A stretch of DNA of 64,000 nt from Tubiluchus corallicola (lineage: Eukaryota > Animalia > Priapulida): positions 70,781 to 134,780 of the forward strand of contig JAQGDQ010000129.1 of the NCBI GenBank assembly GCA_030141605.1, given 5' to 3'. The translations under genes were made by a program, and so were the position numbers. Below the pieces are notes generated by a model, which was not told the origin of the DNA, searched no databases, and saw only the letters and a list, made by a program, of their open reading frames with translations. Positions 39,916 through 53,400 of this stretch are shown here, piece after piece (position 1 is the stretch's first letter; every line of letters starts with the position of its first letter).

Positions 39916-42900
39916 TCGTACAAGCTAAAACATGTACCGGAGATTTTTTAAGCGCATGGGTAAAAAATGCGGTCGCTGTTAATCGCTGCGGAGGAAGATT
40001 AACAAAAAAAAACTCGCGGAGTTCGTCAAGCATGACTTTACGCCACATGTGCATTCAATATACTTTAAAAACATACAATCTACATGAAAACATTCAAACC
40101 TCAGAATAAAAATAAATTACATGATGCAGTATCTATTTGTGTTATAGCTGCTGTTGTCGCCCTTTTAATTAGCACTGCTGTCGCTGCGAATGCGGCGCTG
40201 ATGGTGGTGATGATGATGCTGGTGGCGACGGCGACCTCGGCTTTTCTGTAGCTGTTACTACTACAAACAAAGACAGTAAAGAACGAGAACAAGATAGGTC
40301 ACTCAAAATAGTAATGAAGATGAGACGTTTACATTCATAACTACAAAAATGGTTGTAACAATTTCACAAAGCTTACAACAAGGGTTTCTTCACCAGGAAG
40401 AATTCCCCCAAGGGGAGAATTTTGGTTTTTTAAGGAGGAAATTACAAGCAAAGACTGACAGAGTCACTAGCGAAATTGCTAGAATATTGAAATTCTTCAA
40501 ACTATGGTACAAATCGTACAATCTGCTGTAGCTGTAGATGCCGCTATCACACTTTTGAATGTTACAAATTAGTTTACAAACTTAGAACTTTTCTTTAATT
40601 TAAAAACTACTTTGTTCAATGTTTAAAATCCGTAAGCACTTTCTTTTGCTATTAAATTTGTGAAGATCCCTATAAGAATGACAAAAAAAGACTGTGCTCA
40701 AACAGACTGTACTAAATTTACAGAATTAGACAATCTTGAAAAGTAATGAGAACCATTGTGATATTGCAAAAAGTGTTCAAAAACGTTGAAAATCACTTGT
40801 TTACATAACCGTTGGTCATGAAAGCTGTTTGTTCAGAGTCAAAAAATTGAAAGAATTGAAAGAAAACATTAGTTTCTTTAAGGCATCCTACTTTGTTGAA
40901 GAATTGACTTGAAATTTAAAATACACTTAGACACTTCAGTTTTATTTGTTGCAAACATTGGCAAGAATGCAAGTCAATGTGCAAGCTTAGTACGGCAACT
41001 TAACTACAGTTATGCGTTAATACATTACACGTGTAATTTACGAAGCAATGTTTAAACATATGACTGCGGTCAAGTTATCGTGCTGTTTTATTCTGACTTG
41101 AACTTCTGTGCAGTCACTTTGTACAATGTTTTCCCATCCCGTCTGTTACTATTGCCTGAGACAATACACTGAACTATTGCTGTTGGGATAAAACGTCAAT
41201 AACAAATGATTTAAATTTACGTCAGTTAAACGTTGTGGAATGACAATGCTGACGGCAACGGTCACAAGAGTATACTTTAAATTCGACTCATTACTATAAC
41301 TTGAAATTCGATTTTCCTTGCGCCATTTCTTAGAAATTGTAGTCATTATTGCTTCGAGAAAAACAGGGACTTCGATCAGGTCCTGTTGGCTGATGAACTA
41401 GAAAATGAGATTTTTGACAGCAATAGATGGCAGAACAACATACTGCATCATCTAAACGCTTTAAGTTTTATAACCAAATAAAGTCTGTCATTGCATAATT
41501 TTTGCCTGAAAATCTATTAAGTAATTCCTGTTTTTATGCATTCAGCAATGACGTATTTATGCATCTAATTAATTTTGTAAGAATCTAAGGTGATTCAAAC
41601 AAACATTTAGTTGACTGCTTATCAAAGGCGTGATTTCAAATAAAACTACGTTTATATATATAAAAAGATTTTTGGCATTTTGTCAAAAATTAAAAAATCT
41701 GCATTACGAACATAAACTTCTGTCCATGTTACATACCTGTATTAAAAATGTTTGAAACAGCAATAGAAAGAACTTTTCAAAACAGATTTACAAATCGATT
41801 GGGCAGACTATCTATTTTTGCTCACTTTTCCGGTCTCATGTGATTTTCTGTTTTAGTGTGGCGATTAAGCCCAAGTATTAAGATACTTTTGTGTAATGTT
41901 TGTTTTTGTCTGTGTATATCAGGTAATGTATTTATATCGTATCAACAAACTTGATTTATATAAATTTAGCTAATATAAAAGGTTTTCAGTTTGTTCACGA
42001 AGATCCTAATGAGGAAACACATTCCAATCTACTACCTTCATCACTGTTTTATCCCAATATTTTATTTCGTTTTCTCTCTCTAAATAACTTAAACACAATC
42101 CTCCAAGGAATTCATATTGTTGGTGTTGTTGACGAAAGTTAATCACCAACAGCAGCTTGTCTGGTTTATTTTTGTAATTACTATTTGGTTTGGCGTTTCA
42201 AGTCCAATATTTGCAAAAAACAACGTTATTGCTGTAACGCTAACAAACCAAGCGTAATCTTCAACGGCGTCTTGTATGTTGTTAAACTATAGAAATCGCC
42301 CTCAAGTAAATTCAGTAGAACTTCAAAATAAGAGCTACAGTTTTATAAATATGTAAACCTGTATTTGAGAAATTAGTAAAAAACGAGCTAACAAGGATGT
42401 TTCTGCTGGTCATTTCATAAAAAATAAAATATTTAACGACTAGATATTTAGCCGTAATGACTTTAAAGTTAGCACAGGTAACATGACACCTGTGGATAAT
42501 TAAAATCTACTAGTTTGCAAAATCCGAATGCAAGGATTGATGATACGTGCAGTTATGTAGCCAAGCTTTTTCTTTCATTCTGATGATTAAGTTGAAGTCG
42601 CCAAAGACCAAACTCCGCAGCGTCCCCTCAAGGGCAGCTAAAGTCTTTGCCATACAATTCTTTTGTGCGACGTTGTTTGAATGCCAATTACATATTAGAA
42701 AATTGTTACTAGTATCTAAATTGTCCAGTTTTAATTATTCAGGAAAATTACTTCAGAATTACATATGTCTGGTAAATTTGTTAACTGTGAAAAAACAAAT
42801 AGTGAAGTAGAAGTAGGGTACCTAGTTTATTCAATTCATTCTCAGATGTATCGCTAGAAAAATGTGCTCTAAATTAGCATATGGATACTATTGAGTTGCC

Positions 42901-43442
42901 AACTCTGTTTATGTTGCGATCATGTCTCGTTCACTTACTGGATTGTAATGTTAAGGTGCTGGTCACAGCCAGAATATCCACATCGATGCAGAAGAGCTTC
43001 AAGACTTCAAAACAATCAAATTTCGGTTATATCGAAACGGTCATCTAGCAACATATCATTTCTTTACAAGAATACAGTGATGAATGCGCACGAGAATCTG
43101 ATTCGACATTAAGATAATAACTGTCAACAAACTTCCTTTGATCTCAAAGCTTGCTTTGCGTTTAAATAATACCTGGTTGCTTGTTCACATGAGGTATACT
43201 GAACTAATCCTTCATATCGTTACCTGCCTTAATTGAAACATATAACGCTAATAGGCACATAAAGGCCAAATCTACTGTTCCCGACAGCCATTCTGCGTCA
43301 CGCATGGCAGTCTATTCCTGCGTTGGCTTTAACAGCGGATAATTACGAAACCAAATGAAAGAGGAGGCGAGTTCTTCATTAACTTTTCGTAAGACGTGAT
43401 TTGAGAAATAATTAACTGCCACGCACTGACATGTGATCAGCT

Positions 43443-44080
43443 TTAAGGGCAATGCACTAACTTCTAGTACCTCTCATTTTGATCGCGCATTTCTCTGTGA
43501 CAGTTTAAAGCCAAATAACTTAAAAAATATGCCTATAGCCACTAGGTTCAGCCATTCGAATATAGCACATGCACTTAAGAAAATGTGCTTCACAAATAAA
43601 GCTTAAAATGTCGTCTTGAAATTCAATATCACTTAGATGCTATGCCCACTTATTCTGTAATGAGTTTGCGTTAGCAGTAACGCTATATAAAACTAGTAAG
43701 TTTAAAAACATTTTAACGGTAAATCGTTTGTACAAGTTTGGAAAACAGCGCATAAAGTTCGAAAAAAATCATCAGAGCATTTGTACCACATTCTTCGCTG
43801 ACTAAGCGAAAGTTTAAATTACTTTATATTATTATAACAATAATGTGTTTTTGGTGAGCCAGTAGTACACACTGGGATGGTAAAGCAGTGAACATTTTAA
43901 ATTATTAAAGAAAAAAGCCAAGTCTTTCGGATAGTTAAGCTTCTTTTACTATTTGAGAAAAATGTTAGAACGTTTTTGCAGTAAAATTGTGGCAAGCGCC
44001 TCGTGTAATTAGTAACATCAATTTAAAGCAGCAATCACTTCACGCTTGGGCTGGTTAACGCCGACAAATTAAACAAAATA
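43443..44080 (+). mobile_element. Adjacent TTAA-bounded DNA-transposon remnants
   Basis: 43443 starts TTAA-GGG. About 43560-43630 and 43885-43910 match 48140-48270, and 43905-44080 matches family 2 at 32622. Confidence 0.55.
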
Positions 44081-44881
44081 ATTATTTTAACAAACTATTA
44101 TTCTACTCTATGAGCTAAGTAACCCGCCAGAGACTTTCTGTATACTCGCAGCCTCGCATAATTCCATGGCTCTCTAAAATGTTATAATTTGTAGCACTTA
44201 CGCATTTTGAGGCACAATTCTGTTCACTAAAGTTATGTAAGCACTTTAAACTTGCTGATAATTAATCCCATGACTAATTTTTACATAAACACAAATAAAA
44301 ACAAAGCTTTAGTCAGTTGAAATTGCAAAACTTCTGATAACAGACGTTTTGTTACCCCGTGCCTTCGTGTTGTCGACCAGCTTACGTCATTTCTTTAATA
44401 TACGTCATTTTTCCCCACAACAAGGTTCGTTTGGCTGGAGATAAGAATGATTAAATTTCTCTTGCATTTTTAACCAAGGCATTTTACACGGGTGTATTAT
44501 GTGATTATTTCGATATTTCTAAGTGTATATTAAAATACAATGATTCTTATTCGAGGGTTGCTTTTGCTTTAAGAAATTCCTTTTCAAATTACATGAATCT
44601 TCCAAACTGGTAAGCATAATACTAAATAGTGTAACTTTGTATGAAAAGTTTTTTTGGGTTGTACTTTAAAATTGCCATTTCTTCCGCTTTAATACCAATG
44701 TTTCGAATTTTAAAAACCTGGCCCTGATGAATGATTTTTAAAATCCGAAAGCTCGGTGTTAAGGAATTTTACTGCGTTTTACAACTGGCTTTCTTGAGTG
44801 TGCGTTTCTTGATAGTCTAAGTAAGTAAGTTAATGTAATCTATAAATTAACCCTTGACTGAATGAGAATGACGTAATTTAC

Positions 44882-45036
44882 CTGAAAAAACAACTGCATA
44901 TCGCTGGATAATATGGGGAGAGTGGGAAACCTCGAATATTTGTGCGGTATTTCAGTTTTCATCAGACATTCTTTGACTTTTGCGTTTTTGAAGACTCCCA
45001 GATTCTGAGGTGGTATGCGTTTGTGACTACTCATTG
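44882..45036 (-). CDS. Possible coding exon (MSSHKRIPPQNLGVFKNAKVKECLMKTEIPHKYSRFPTLPILSSDMQLFFQ)
   Basis: Acceptor TTTGATCAG, 51 open codons and donor CAG|GTAAAT. No recognisable family, and the next candidate exon hits a stop. Confidence 0.3.
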
Positions 45037-48024
45037 CTGATCAAATAAGTGAACAAGCAGTACAAGCAGCACAATCAGTACATCTATAATTTCAACGTTT
45101 ATAAGAAATTTTTCACATGCATTGCCTGCTCACAAACACAAATAGCTCACTTTACATCACGATCACACAATTTTAACGCTTCAGACGCCTCAGCATTAGG
45201 TTTTGCATTGTGAAAATTTCCTCTTTTACTCAATTAAGCAATCAAATCGATTAAGTGCCCAGTGTTCAAATGGATATCTACAATGCTTAACCAGCTGAAG
45301 AGTGTATAGAGCTTATAAATGCGCTAGTCTTCTTGATTATCCATGGGTATTCATCTGGACAAGGTAAAATTGAAGGTCGCACATGTCAAATAATGCCTAA
45401 CTGTTAATGTTCTATAGTAAATATAGATTATAATAGTCTCAAGCCTGCACTCAAGCAAGTGTGCATGACGAAGCAAAAAAGTGTGATTCATCAAACAAAA
45501 AATGAATGTAGCCTCTACCTGTTCTAGTGCCAATAAGAATTGTAATTACAGGACCTCGCTCTACCTGAAACCTAAAACGACTAATTCGTCGAGCAAAAGC
45601 AAAGAAACTTAATGATTAAATCAGTTGCTACTATTTAATGTCAACATACTTATTGAGTAAAAAAACAATGAGCATTAAACACAATGGCTGGAGCAAACCA
45701 GAATGGTCGCGCAGCAAAATTTTGTTCTATGGCCTCTTGTATCCAACGTTTACACAATATGACGTTGCGCGAGTGATACTTTCGTAAACATATGATAATC
45801 ATATGCAACAAAATTATATTGTTGGAACATTTTGCTGTTAATTTGAGCTTTTAATGGAGGTTTAAAATAGAAGTGGCGCAAGTAATAACGGCACGGTAAA
45901 TGTGGCAGGTACAGGTAATAACAGCATAAGAAAAAAACGACATAGGGGCGCAATTGGGGGAAAGTAGGAGACTTAATAAAACAGGAGTTTAATTGGAGCT
46001 TCCTGTTTTCGGAGAGTTCTAATCTTCTTCCAAATAGATGGATCGGTGTTAGCGCTGGGGTTAGGGCGAGGCATTTTTCTCTTACTTTCCATTTGTCCCC
46101 TTGTTCGTGAGCTATATTTATCGTGTTATTTTTACGTCTACTCTAAGGCGGCTTGTAACGAGTCTAATCCTATAATACTTCAATTCTTAACACTTTGGAG
46201 AGAGGTGGCTGACAGACATAAACGAAATTCTTTTTTGTGTCCTACTAGAGATATTATGCTTTACCTGGTTGTAAACGAGCATCATTTACAGGAGAGTGAA
46301 GAAATCCTAAAATACTGCGGATTGGCTAAAATTAAAAAACTTAGAAGTTCTATTTACAACGCAGAAACACTTTATTACTGCAACTATAATGTATTTTTTC
46401 TGAAATGAGCCTGAAAGGTTTAGAGCTAACTGTAGCATGATACGCTATTTTTGCAATTTTAGGTACGACACAAATTTCTGTTAGTTCTTAGGCTACTGTT
46501 GTAGGATAACTGAAACTAACTGAAAATGTGATGCATAGGGTTACCCGCTTGTTGAGCTTTTCTGCCTAACTTCCTAGATATGTCATTTAGAACGCCATTT
46601 ACAGTTGTCGTGATCTGTTTTTCGTGAATATGTATTTAAACGTCATTTGCCATTGCCATGGAAAAATTTTTTGAAAAATTTAGAATACGTCGTAACTGTA
46701 TTGTGGCATTATGTGCTACAAACTTATTACACGAGCAACAGTGAAGACGAAACAAAAGCAACATCCAGACAAAACAGACCTCTTTATAGAGTTACTTCGC
46801 AAGAGAGTATAATGCAAAAGTTCAGACAGTTTTGAATGTCTGATTCATACACGTCTGATTTGCACTACTTGGTTATCAATTATCACAATTGTAAGAACTG
46901 AATTACCTCAACTGCAAAGAAATTTTATCACAAAAAATCATACATACAGATTTATTTACTGCCGCGAAACACCAGATGCAAATAATAACCAAGTTCTTCG
47001 AGTTCACACTTTTACAGTGTTACGGGCTAGTTAACAGATTATTTACATTTGGTCTGTGCTTTTTCTGCTACTGTACGGAGTGCAGACACTAGTTTGAAAC
47101 GTTGATCAAGCAGGATTGGAAAAATTTTCTTGCCCCGTAGTAATGATGCTTCTAAACCTAAAACAATGTAATCGTCATCATCACCTCCAATAGTTGCAGC
47201 AGTAGAAGGAGAGAAAAAGGAGGATGACAATGGCGACGTTGACGACAAAAACAGCAACCTAACAACATCGGCAATAACAACTATAACAGTATTAATTCGT
47301 TTGCTATAAAAACTGCACATCAAACTGCCGAGAAATGCAATTTTTTGTAACTTTGTAAGCATTATAAACATTTTACATAAATACACAAAGAATAACTGGT
47401 GCAAAGAACTAGGCCTTTATACCCTTTTATTTTAACTTAATTATAGATTTTATACACCAGTTTTTATTCATTTAAATTATTATTGTTCGTCGTTACAACT
47501 TTTCAAGCAGTTAAGTTAATATTGTTGTTATTTGAATGTATACGTAAGTTTAGTTAATAACGTGGAGTTAAGTTATGGGCCATGGTGGGAATAGTTTCTT
47601 CTCCACGCGCATAATAAATCCACAGTAAACGGTGGAGATTCATTTGTACTTTACTAGGCAGTCAGAAGTGGTGGTGACTGGTTAAAAACAAAATAACATA
47701 AAAAAATTAAATGAAAGTAAAAATGAAAGATATAACATTATGTTAGCAATTGTATGCAGTAATGAGGTCTATAGGGCATTATAGTATGTGTCAATATATA
47801 TATGTGAAGGTGTTTTTTATATATTATATTGATGACGAATTTTTCTCCTAAGCAGAGCGTATTACATTCTTCTTCTTTAGGCCATTAACCTAGGATTAAC
47901 CTGGGCTTTAAGTACAGTAAAATAGTTTTTTATGAACCATGAACCATCCATCACCATTTCCTTTTACAATCACATACTTGACTCACTTTGTTCCAAGATT
48001 TTTAACCGGCTTCTAAGTCTAAAC

Positions 48025-48392
48025 TTAAGGTGGCATTGTTTTACGCTCGAATAGCAATTCGAGACACTGTACGTTACCATGTGACAAACCGCCGAGTAAG
48101 TAAAATTAATGCAGCGAATAATGTTATATTGCTGGAAACCAGCATGTACTTAACGCACAAGAAAACAGTCTTCACAAATGAAGCTTAGAAAATTCGTTTT
48201 GAAATTTTATACAACACCTTACTGGTTTCACGATTTTCCCAGGTGGCACGAGCATTTTAAATTATTAAGAATGTTCTTTTTTAATTATATAGTCTTTCAA
48301 ACAGGTATGCGTAATGCAAAGTAATATAACTTTGAATCATCACGGAACGCTCTTTGGGATATACTTTAAAATTCTCTTTCCTTCCCCTTTAA
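48025..48392 (+). mobile_element. TTAA-bounded DNA-transposon remnant related to 43443-43910
   Basis: TTAA-GG...CCT-TTAA with internal similarity (CTTCACAAAT.AAGCTTA; CATTTTAAATTATTAA). TIRs match poorly. Confidence 0.45.
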
Positions 48393-48697
48393 CAAACTGT
48401 TATAGTTCTTAAACTCCATTGCTATGTAAAGGTACTTGTCTAGATTATTGACGTAACATGCACATAACATTGAATAATTAATTATAAAGTGAGTAATTAG
48501 AACAACATACTCCTCGTCGCCATGGAATTAGGTCGTCATTTTCACCTTTTACTGATGAATTATACATACCGCGGGCCTGCAGGAAATGATTCCTGCTGTT
48601 AATTAGACTGGTACATTACTGGTACAGTCAGCTAGGTCATCTACAGTCAGCTAGTGCCGAAAAAAATTTTATACTAATAGTATAAGTAATAAATATA

Positions 48698-48773
<76 letters not shown>
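48698..48773. repeat. (AAT)n microsatellite
   Basis: Directly visible. Confidence 0.99.
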
Positions 48774-48775
<2 letters not shown>

Positions 48776-49184
48776 GCTGGAAAACTTGCACAAGTTTTCA
48801 CATACCTTTTTTAATATTCGTTGAAGGTACAGGTGTGTGGTGCAACAGTACAGTGTGCTATGCTAAAAAAACAAAAAAACAAGCCATACCATAGAGTTAA
48901 GTCAAAGCCTGCACGTCGACTTTGCATGTCTAAGAAACACGACTCTCTCTGTTCTAGTACTGCGAATCTACTGATTTCACACCATTTAAATTTACTTTTT
49001 TGGTTCACTTATTAAATGAAATTCGTTTCTATCTCGTAACGTAATTAAAGTTTTATCTTCTATCATACTTCATTCTAGTTTGTTTTTTATATTTTATGCT
49101 CATTTTTATCTTTACATTTTAAATATCTCAAACACAATTTCAAATTAATAAACAATCTCGCTCTCTTTCTCACTCTTTATATCT

Positions 49185-49390
49185 CTGCCTGCCTGCCTAC
49201 CTACCTACCTACCTGTCTACCTATGTATCTACCTACCTACCTACCTAAACACCCATCCAAACAACTACCCAACTACCCACCTATCCACCCACGCCCCCAC
49301 CCACCTACCTACCTACCTATCTGCCTACCTACGTACATACCTACCTGCCTATCAACCAACCTACCTACCCACCCACCTACATAATACCTA
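49185..49390. repeat. Degenerate (CCTA)n/(CCCA)n tetranucleotide array
   Basis: Directly visible. Confidence 0.95.
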
Positions 49391-50380
49391 TCTCCTATCA
49401 ATTCAAACTCAGAAAGAAATTCGTATTCTATAAAACAAAACTAGCACGCATTGGGTTTTTTCACTAGCTCTTGATTACGAAAAAATTGCGATCTCTCCAC
49501 AGTGGCCGGCCATAACTAGTAGTTTTCATCGGTTGACTGTGGCTTGCAATCTGCCAAATTACACAATATATTCAGCTCATTAGATGACTTCCTACAATAG
49601 CTAAATTTTGTACTTTTCTGCAACAATCCTTGTAATTTTTTTATTCTGATGTACACATATTGTTATCAAACGCTGATAGAATGAGAATAAAAAGTGTTTC
49701 AATTTTTACGATCCTATTTATTGAAGCAGGCATCGGTGAGAATCTCAAACGCTGTGCAAATGCACTTAATTTTTATCCCATTGCACTCAGTGATTCCTCA
49801 GTATACAGAAGTTTTTATACCTTCCCAAGTACGCATACATCACATTTATTATTGAAACCGTACGTAAAAATGTTGGCATTCCGACGTTTTTTCCCTGAAA
49901 CCATCTTGCCCATTATCCACTGTCCAAGTTTCTTGAACCTTCTTCTAAAAGACTTAAAAGTAAAAACTCTGATTACAGATATCAACAGTTGATACAAGAA
50001 TACTGCAAAATGAATATTTCTAAACCTTCGACGAAAATCAATAAACCCCATTTCCGCTTCCTGTTCAAAATTTTTGTTGAAACCACATGATCTGTTTGCT
50101 TCCACACGCTTGAGAGCGCTTCTAACTATCACTGTCACTTACAGCTAATCGCTGTGAAGCAAATTGACTTATGACAAATGAAGTGGAACGAATTTATCGT
50201 TAAAATGTGTGAAATGTGAAACTCCGGCAAACTCGGTCAAAAGGCGACCAAAATGCAGACGCCGGACAATAGTACAATAGGTTAATAATTGAAATCTTAA
50301 TATCAACATTACTATTAATGACATAAACCCACAATTAATTAAATTTGATGCCAAACTTGAAAGAGAGTAAAATGTGAAAA

Positions 50381-50468
50381 AGTTGGTAGACGGCCTTGAT
50401 TTGGGCCAAGAACCATAAATTTGGTTTACAAGAGTAATCTTAATTACCTTAGACCACTGGGCCACCGC
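50381..50468 (-). mobile_element. tRNA-derived SINE head, same family as 35890
   Basis: Minus strand reads GGTGGCCCAGTGGTCTAAGG...CTTGTAA...AGGCCGTCTACCAACTT, compared with TGTGGCCGAGTGGTTTAAGG...CTTGTAA...AGGCTGTATACCAACTT. Confidence 0.6.
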
Positions 50469-53400
50469 GTAACCAGTAATTAAGACAGGCCATCAGTAAG
50501 AATAATCTTGACATTAAGAACATAATAATTAATTATTGACGTAAATTTAGAGCTCAAAATTAATGAAAATAAAGAAGATCTAATCTAATTAGTTAGAATG
50601 GTCCAAATGAGCGGTCCAAATAACGTTGAAAATGTTGGATTCGGTTATATAGCTGTAACGGATGAACTTTGGACTGCTTAGATTACTATTAATTTTATTT
50701 ATTTGCTCATGAATTCTAACTGGCTTATAAGTATTGTTATCTTACGGTATTTCCTATCTTAATCTGTTTACTAATCAACATATATACGTGTGCAGGCTTA
50801 CGTGTTTATTGCTTTTAATTTCGAATTCCTTTAAATGCGTTTATTTGTTAAGATTTATGTATGTAAAATGCATTTGTCTATTTTTATGTTAATACATATT
50901 TAATATCTAGTAAATTATTATTACTGAAGATATCCCAACTTAGTGATCTAAGGCATTTGCCTTGTATTTAGAATATTCTTGGCTCAAAATGTCTACGGAA
51001 ATTGTTGAACACTATAAGTTGTCTGATTTGTAAGGCAATTTTACCGCAATTTACATAAGTTTTGGGTTACAACCCCTTTAAAAAACAATTAACTTAATGT
51101 AAAACAGAGGAAGGGAGGAATAAAATCACTTCTATTACTAAAACACGAAAAAAAGTGGGTTTATCACACGTAATCATGCTTATGCGACAAGTTAACAGCC
51201 TCAAGAGTCGAAGGGAAACAGCAGCTGAAGATCATAAACACTCTTACAACAAACTTACATTAAGGCTAGAATGAAACACGTATTCCCTTTGGAAAGTGAT
51301 CTGCGAAAACATGCTGAACAACTTTTCGGTGCTTAAGAAATGTCAATTAAGAAAGGGCTCCGAAAAGAAGCTCAAAGGCTGGTAATTTCCCGTGTTGCTA
51401 GTAAATTTGGTGCGGTCTTGTAAAGAAGGCTCTGGAATCTAGAGATCGTGCCATAACTTTTGTTGTTAAATCACTTGTAAAAACGAAAACGTGTCAGTAA
51501 ATGTGTCCGTACTACATCTGAGTGAAACATTTTAATTAACGCTAAAAATGAACAGGCTGGGTGTCAATGGGTTTTTCGAGTATGGCATGGAATCCCATAA
51601 GAAAGCGCAGGAATCACATCGTCAAGGCTTAAAACAATCGAAAAACAACTTTTATACCCAACCACGCAGTATTATTAAAAAGTTAAAAAGTTAATCAAAT
51701 GTTAAAAGGCGGTTAAATTAAAAACGTGTTTTTGAATCTCGTTTGTATATTTATCACATACATTAAACAGTTCACCTTGGTAAAATGCCATTCAGTAATT
51801 GCATAAAAACAGGATCGGAAAATTTGGTTTCCTACAGAGTTTTTTGTAGAGTAATTTATGCTATCAAAAAGATTTAATTCTCTGTTGAGAAGATTTTTTC
51901 TTCTTTGCAGCTTATATGTTACTACTGGGTTTAGCAGTCTTTAGTTGTGTACTTACAACTGATTTGGTGTCTGCTTCACATACATTCGATGTAGTATTTG
52001 TATCCAATATAAACTGTGAAGACTTAATGCAACTCGCGTTGACCAATTTGCTTATTTTTTTCTTTTTTCTTATTTTTAGCAGCAAATAAATATTGTATTA
52101 GCGATAATGAAGAGACCAATTACACGTTCATAAACCTCATTTATTAACCGAGATTTGCTCTAAACCAACTAAAGCACAAAAATGTATATAGTTACCCGAC
52201 TTTGTATGTGCTTGTCCCGTAAACATCTGTGAGTAAATTTTCTTGAATTGTAGGAAATTTGAGAATAGCCATCAATTGTCTTATAGTGCTCAAAGGAATT
52301 GCTTCTTCTATAACTACCCTGATGATCACCTAGTAGTTACTCTGCAAATAGAAGAAACACTTGGAACTTATGTATTGCTCTCCAACTTGAAGGGTGCAGT
52401 TTGTTTTGTCGTTAAAAACTGCCTTATTTTAAACACTATATTTCGACAGCTTAATTATTCAACCCAGATACATAAATATGAAAGAAGAAATACTTCTTGT
52501 ATATTATTAAGTAACTACTTATTATAGTAAGTTTATTTACATGCTTCGTAAACATTATTTGAGGCTGTCATTGCCATTTTCGTCGTCGTCGCTCGTTACT
52601 GTCGAATCCTGTCAGGCATGCTGTTGATTATGGAAAGAATATTTGAAAATAACCACCCTTATTAGTCTGCAGATTCCTTTGGATTTCGAAGCTGGATTAT
52701 TTGTTGACTTGCTGCGCCATCTGCGTATCGGAATGGATTTAAAATGAAGAATAATGATGAGAGTGTGTTGAAATTGAAGCAATTTATCCACCGCCTAATT
52801 TTTTTAATTTAAGTAATGATAAATTTCATAAATATGTAAAATTTCATTCATTATAGCCCAAAGTTTTGGTTCTGGAAAGATTATAAAAGCCTGCAACAAC
52901 AGTTCAGACCTTTATGGGCTGCTTTATCTGAATTTAGTAATTCCCGTTGAAGTCCATTATTCATTTGGTAAATGCACAATACCGCATGTTTAGTTTACTT
53001 AAATCATCTACCACTAATATTACACCCACAGTAACACTAATTGGCATTTCAGTTTGTTTTGATAAATCATAATCGAATTTAAGAATTTTCGCAGTAATGC
53101 TTTCAGACTGACTGATGTGTTTCAACCCACAAGGTGTTTTACATCAAATAAGGTAGAACAAGGCTATTGAATAATATTACCGTTTCTGACGGGTTACTGA
53201 CGGGTTAATGCAACTGTTTGCTATTTTGAGCTGAATATAATTAATTAATATGAAAATGTCAGGCTAAGTCTTTCTTAAAAGTATACAGTTAATAACACAT
53301 ATGTGGAGTTTTATGTATTTTATGTAGTGGTCGGGAGATTAAAATAATGTTCAATTCCTAACTTCCTGCTACTGTTGATTTTTTAAAATTTAAATTTGAG

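Noticed and set aside
41400-42100. Possible second decayed LINE on the minus strand
   Set aside because: No diagnostic RT or endonuclease motif could be read.
49660-50138. Overlapping antisense ORFs (110 aa +, 107 aa -), including a myristoylation-like MGKMVS
   Set aside because: Non-ATG starts, no recognisable domain, and no phase-consistent exon chain could be built.
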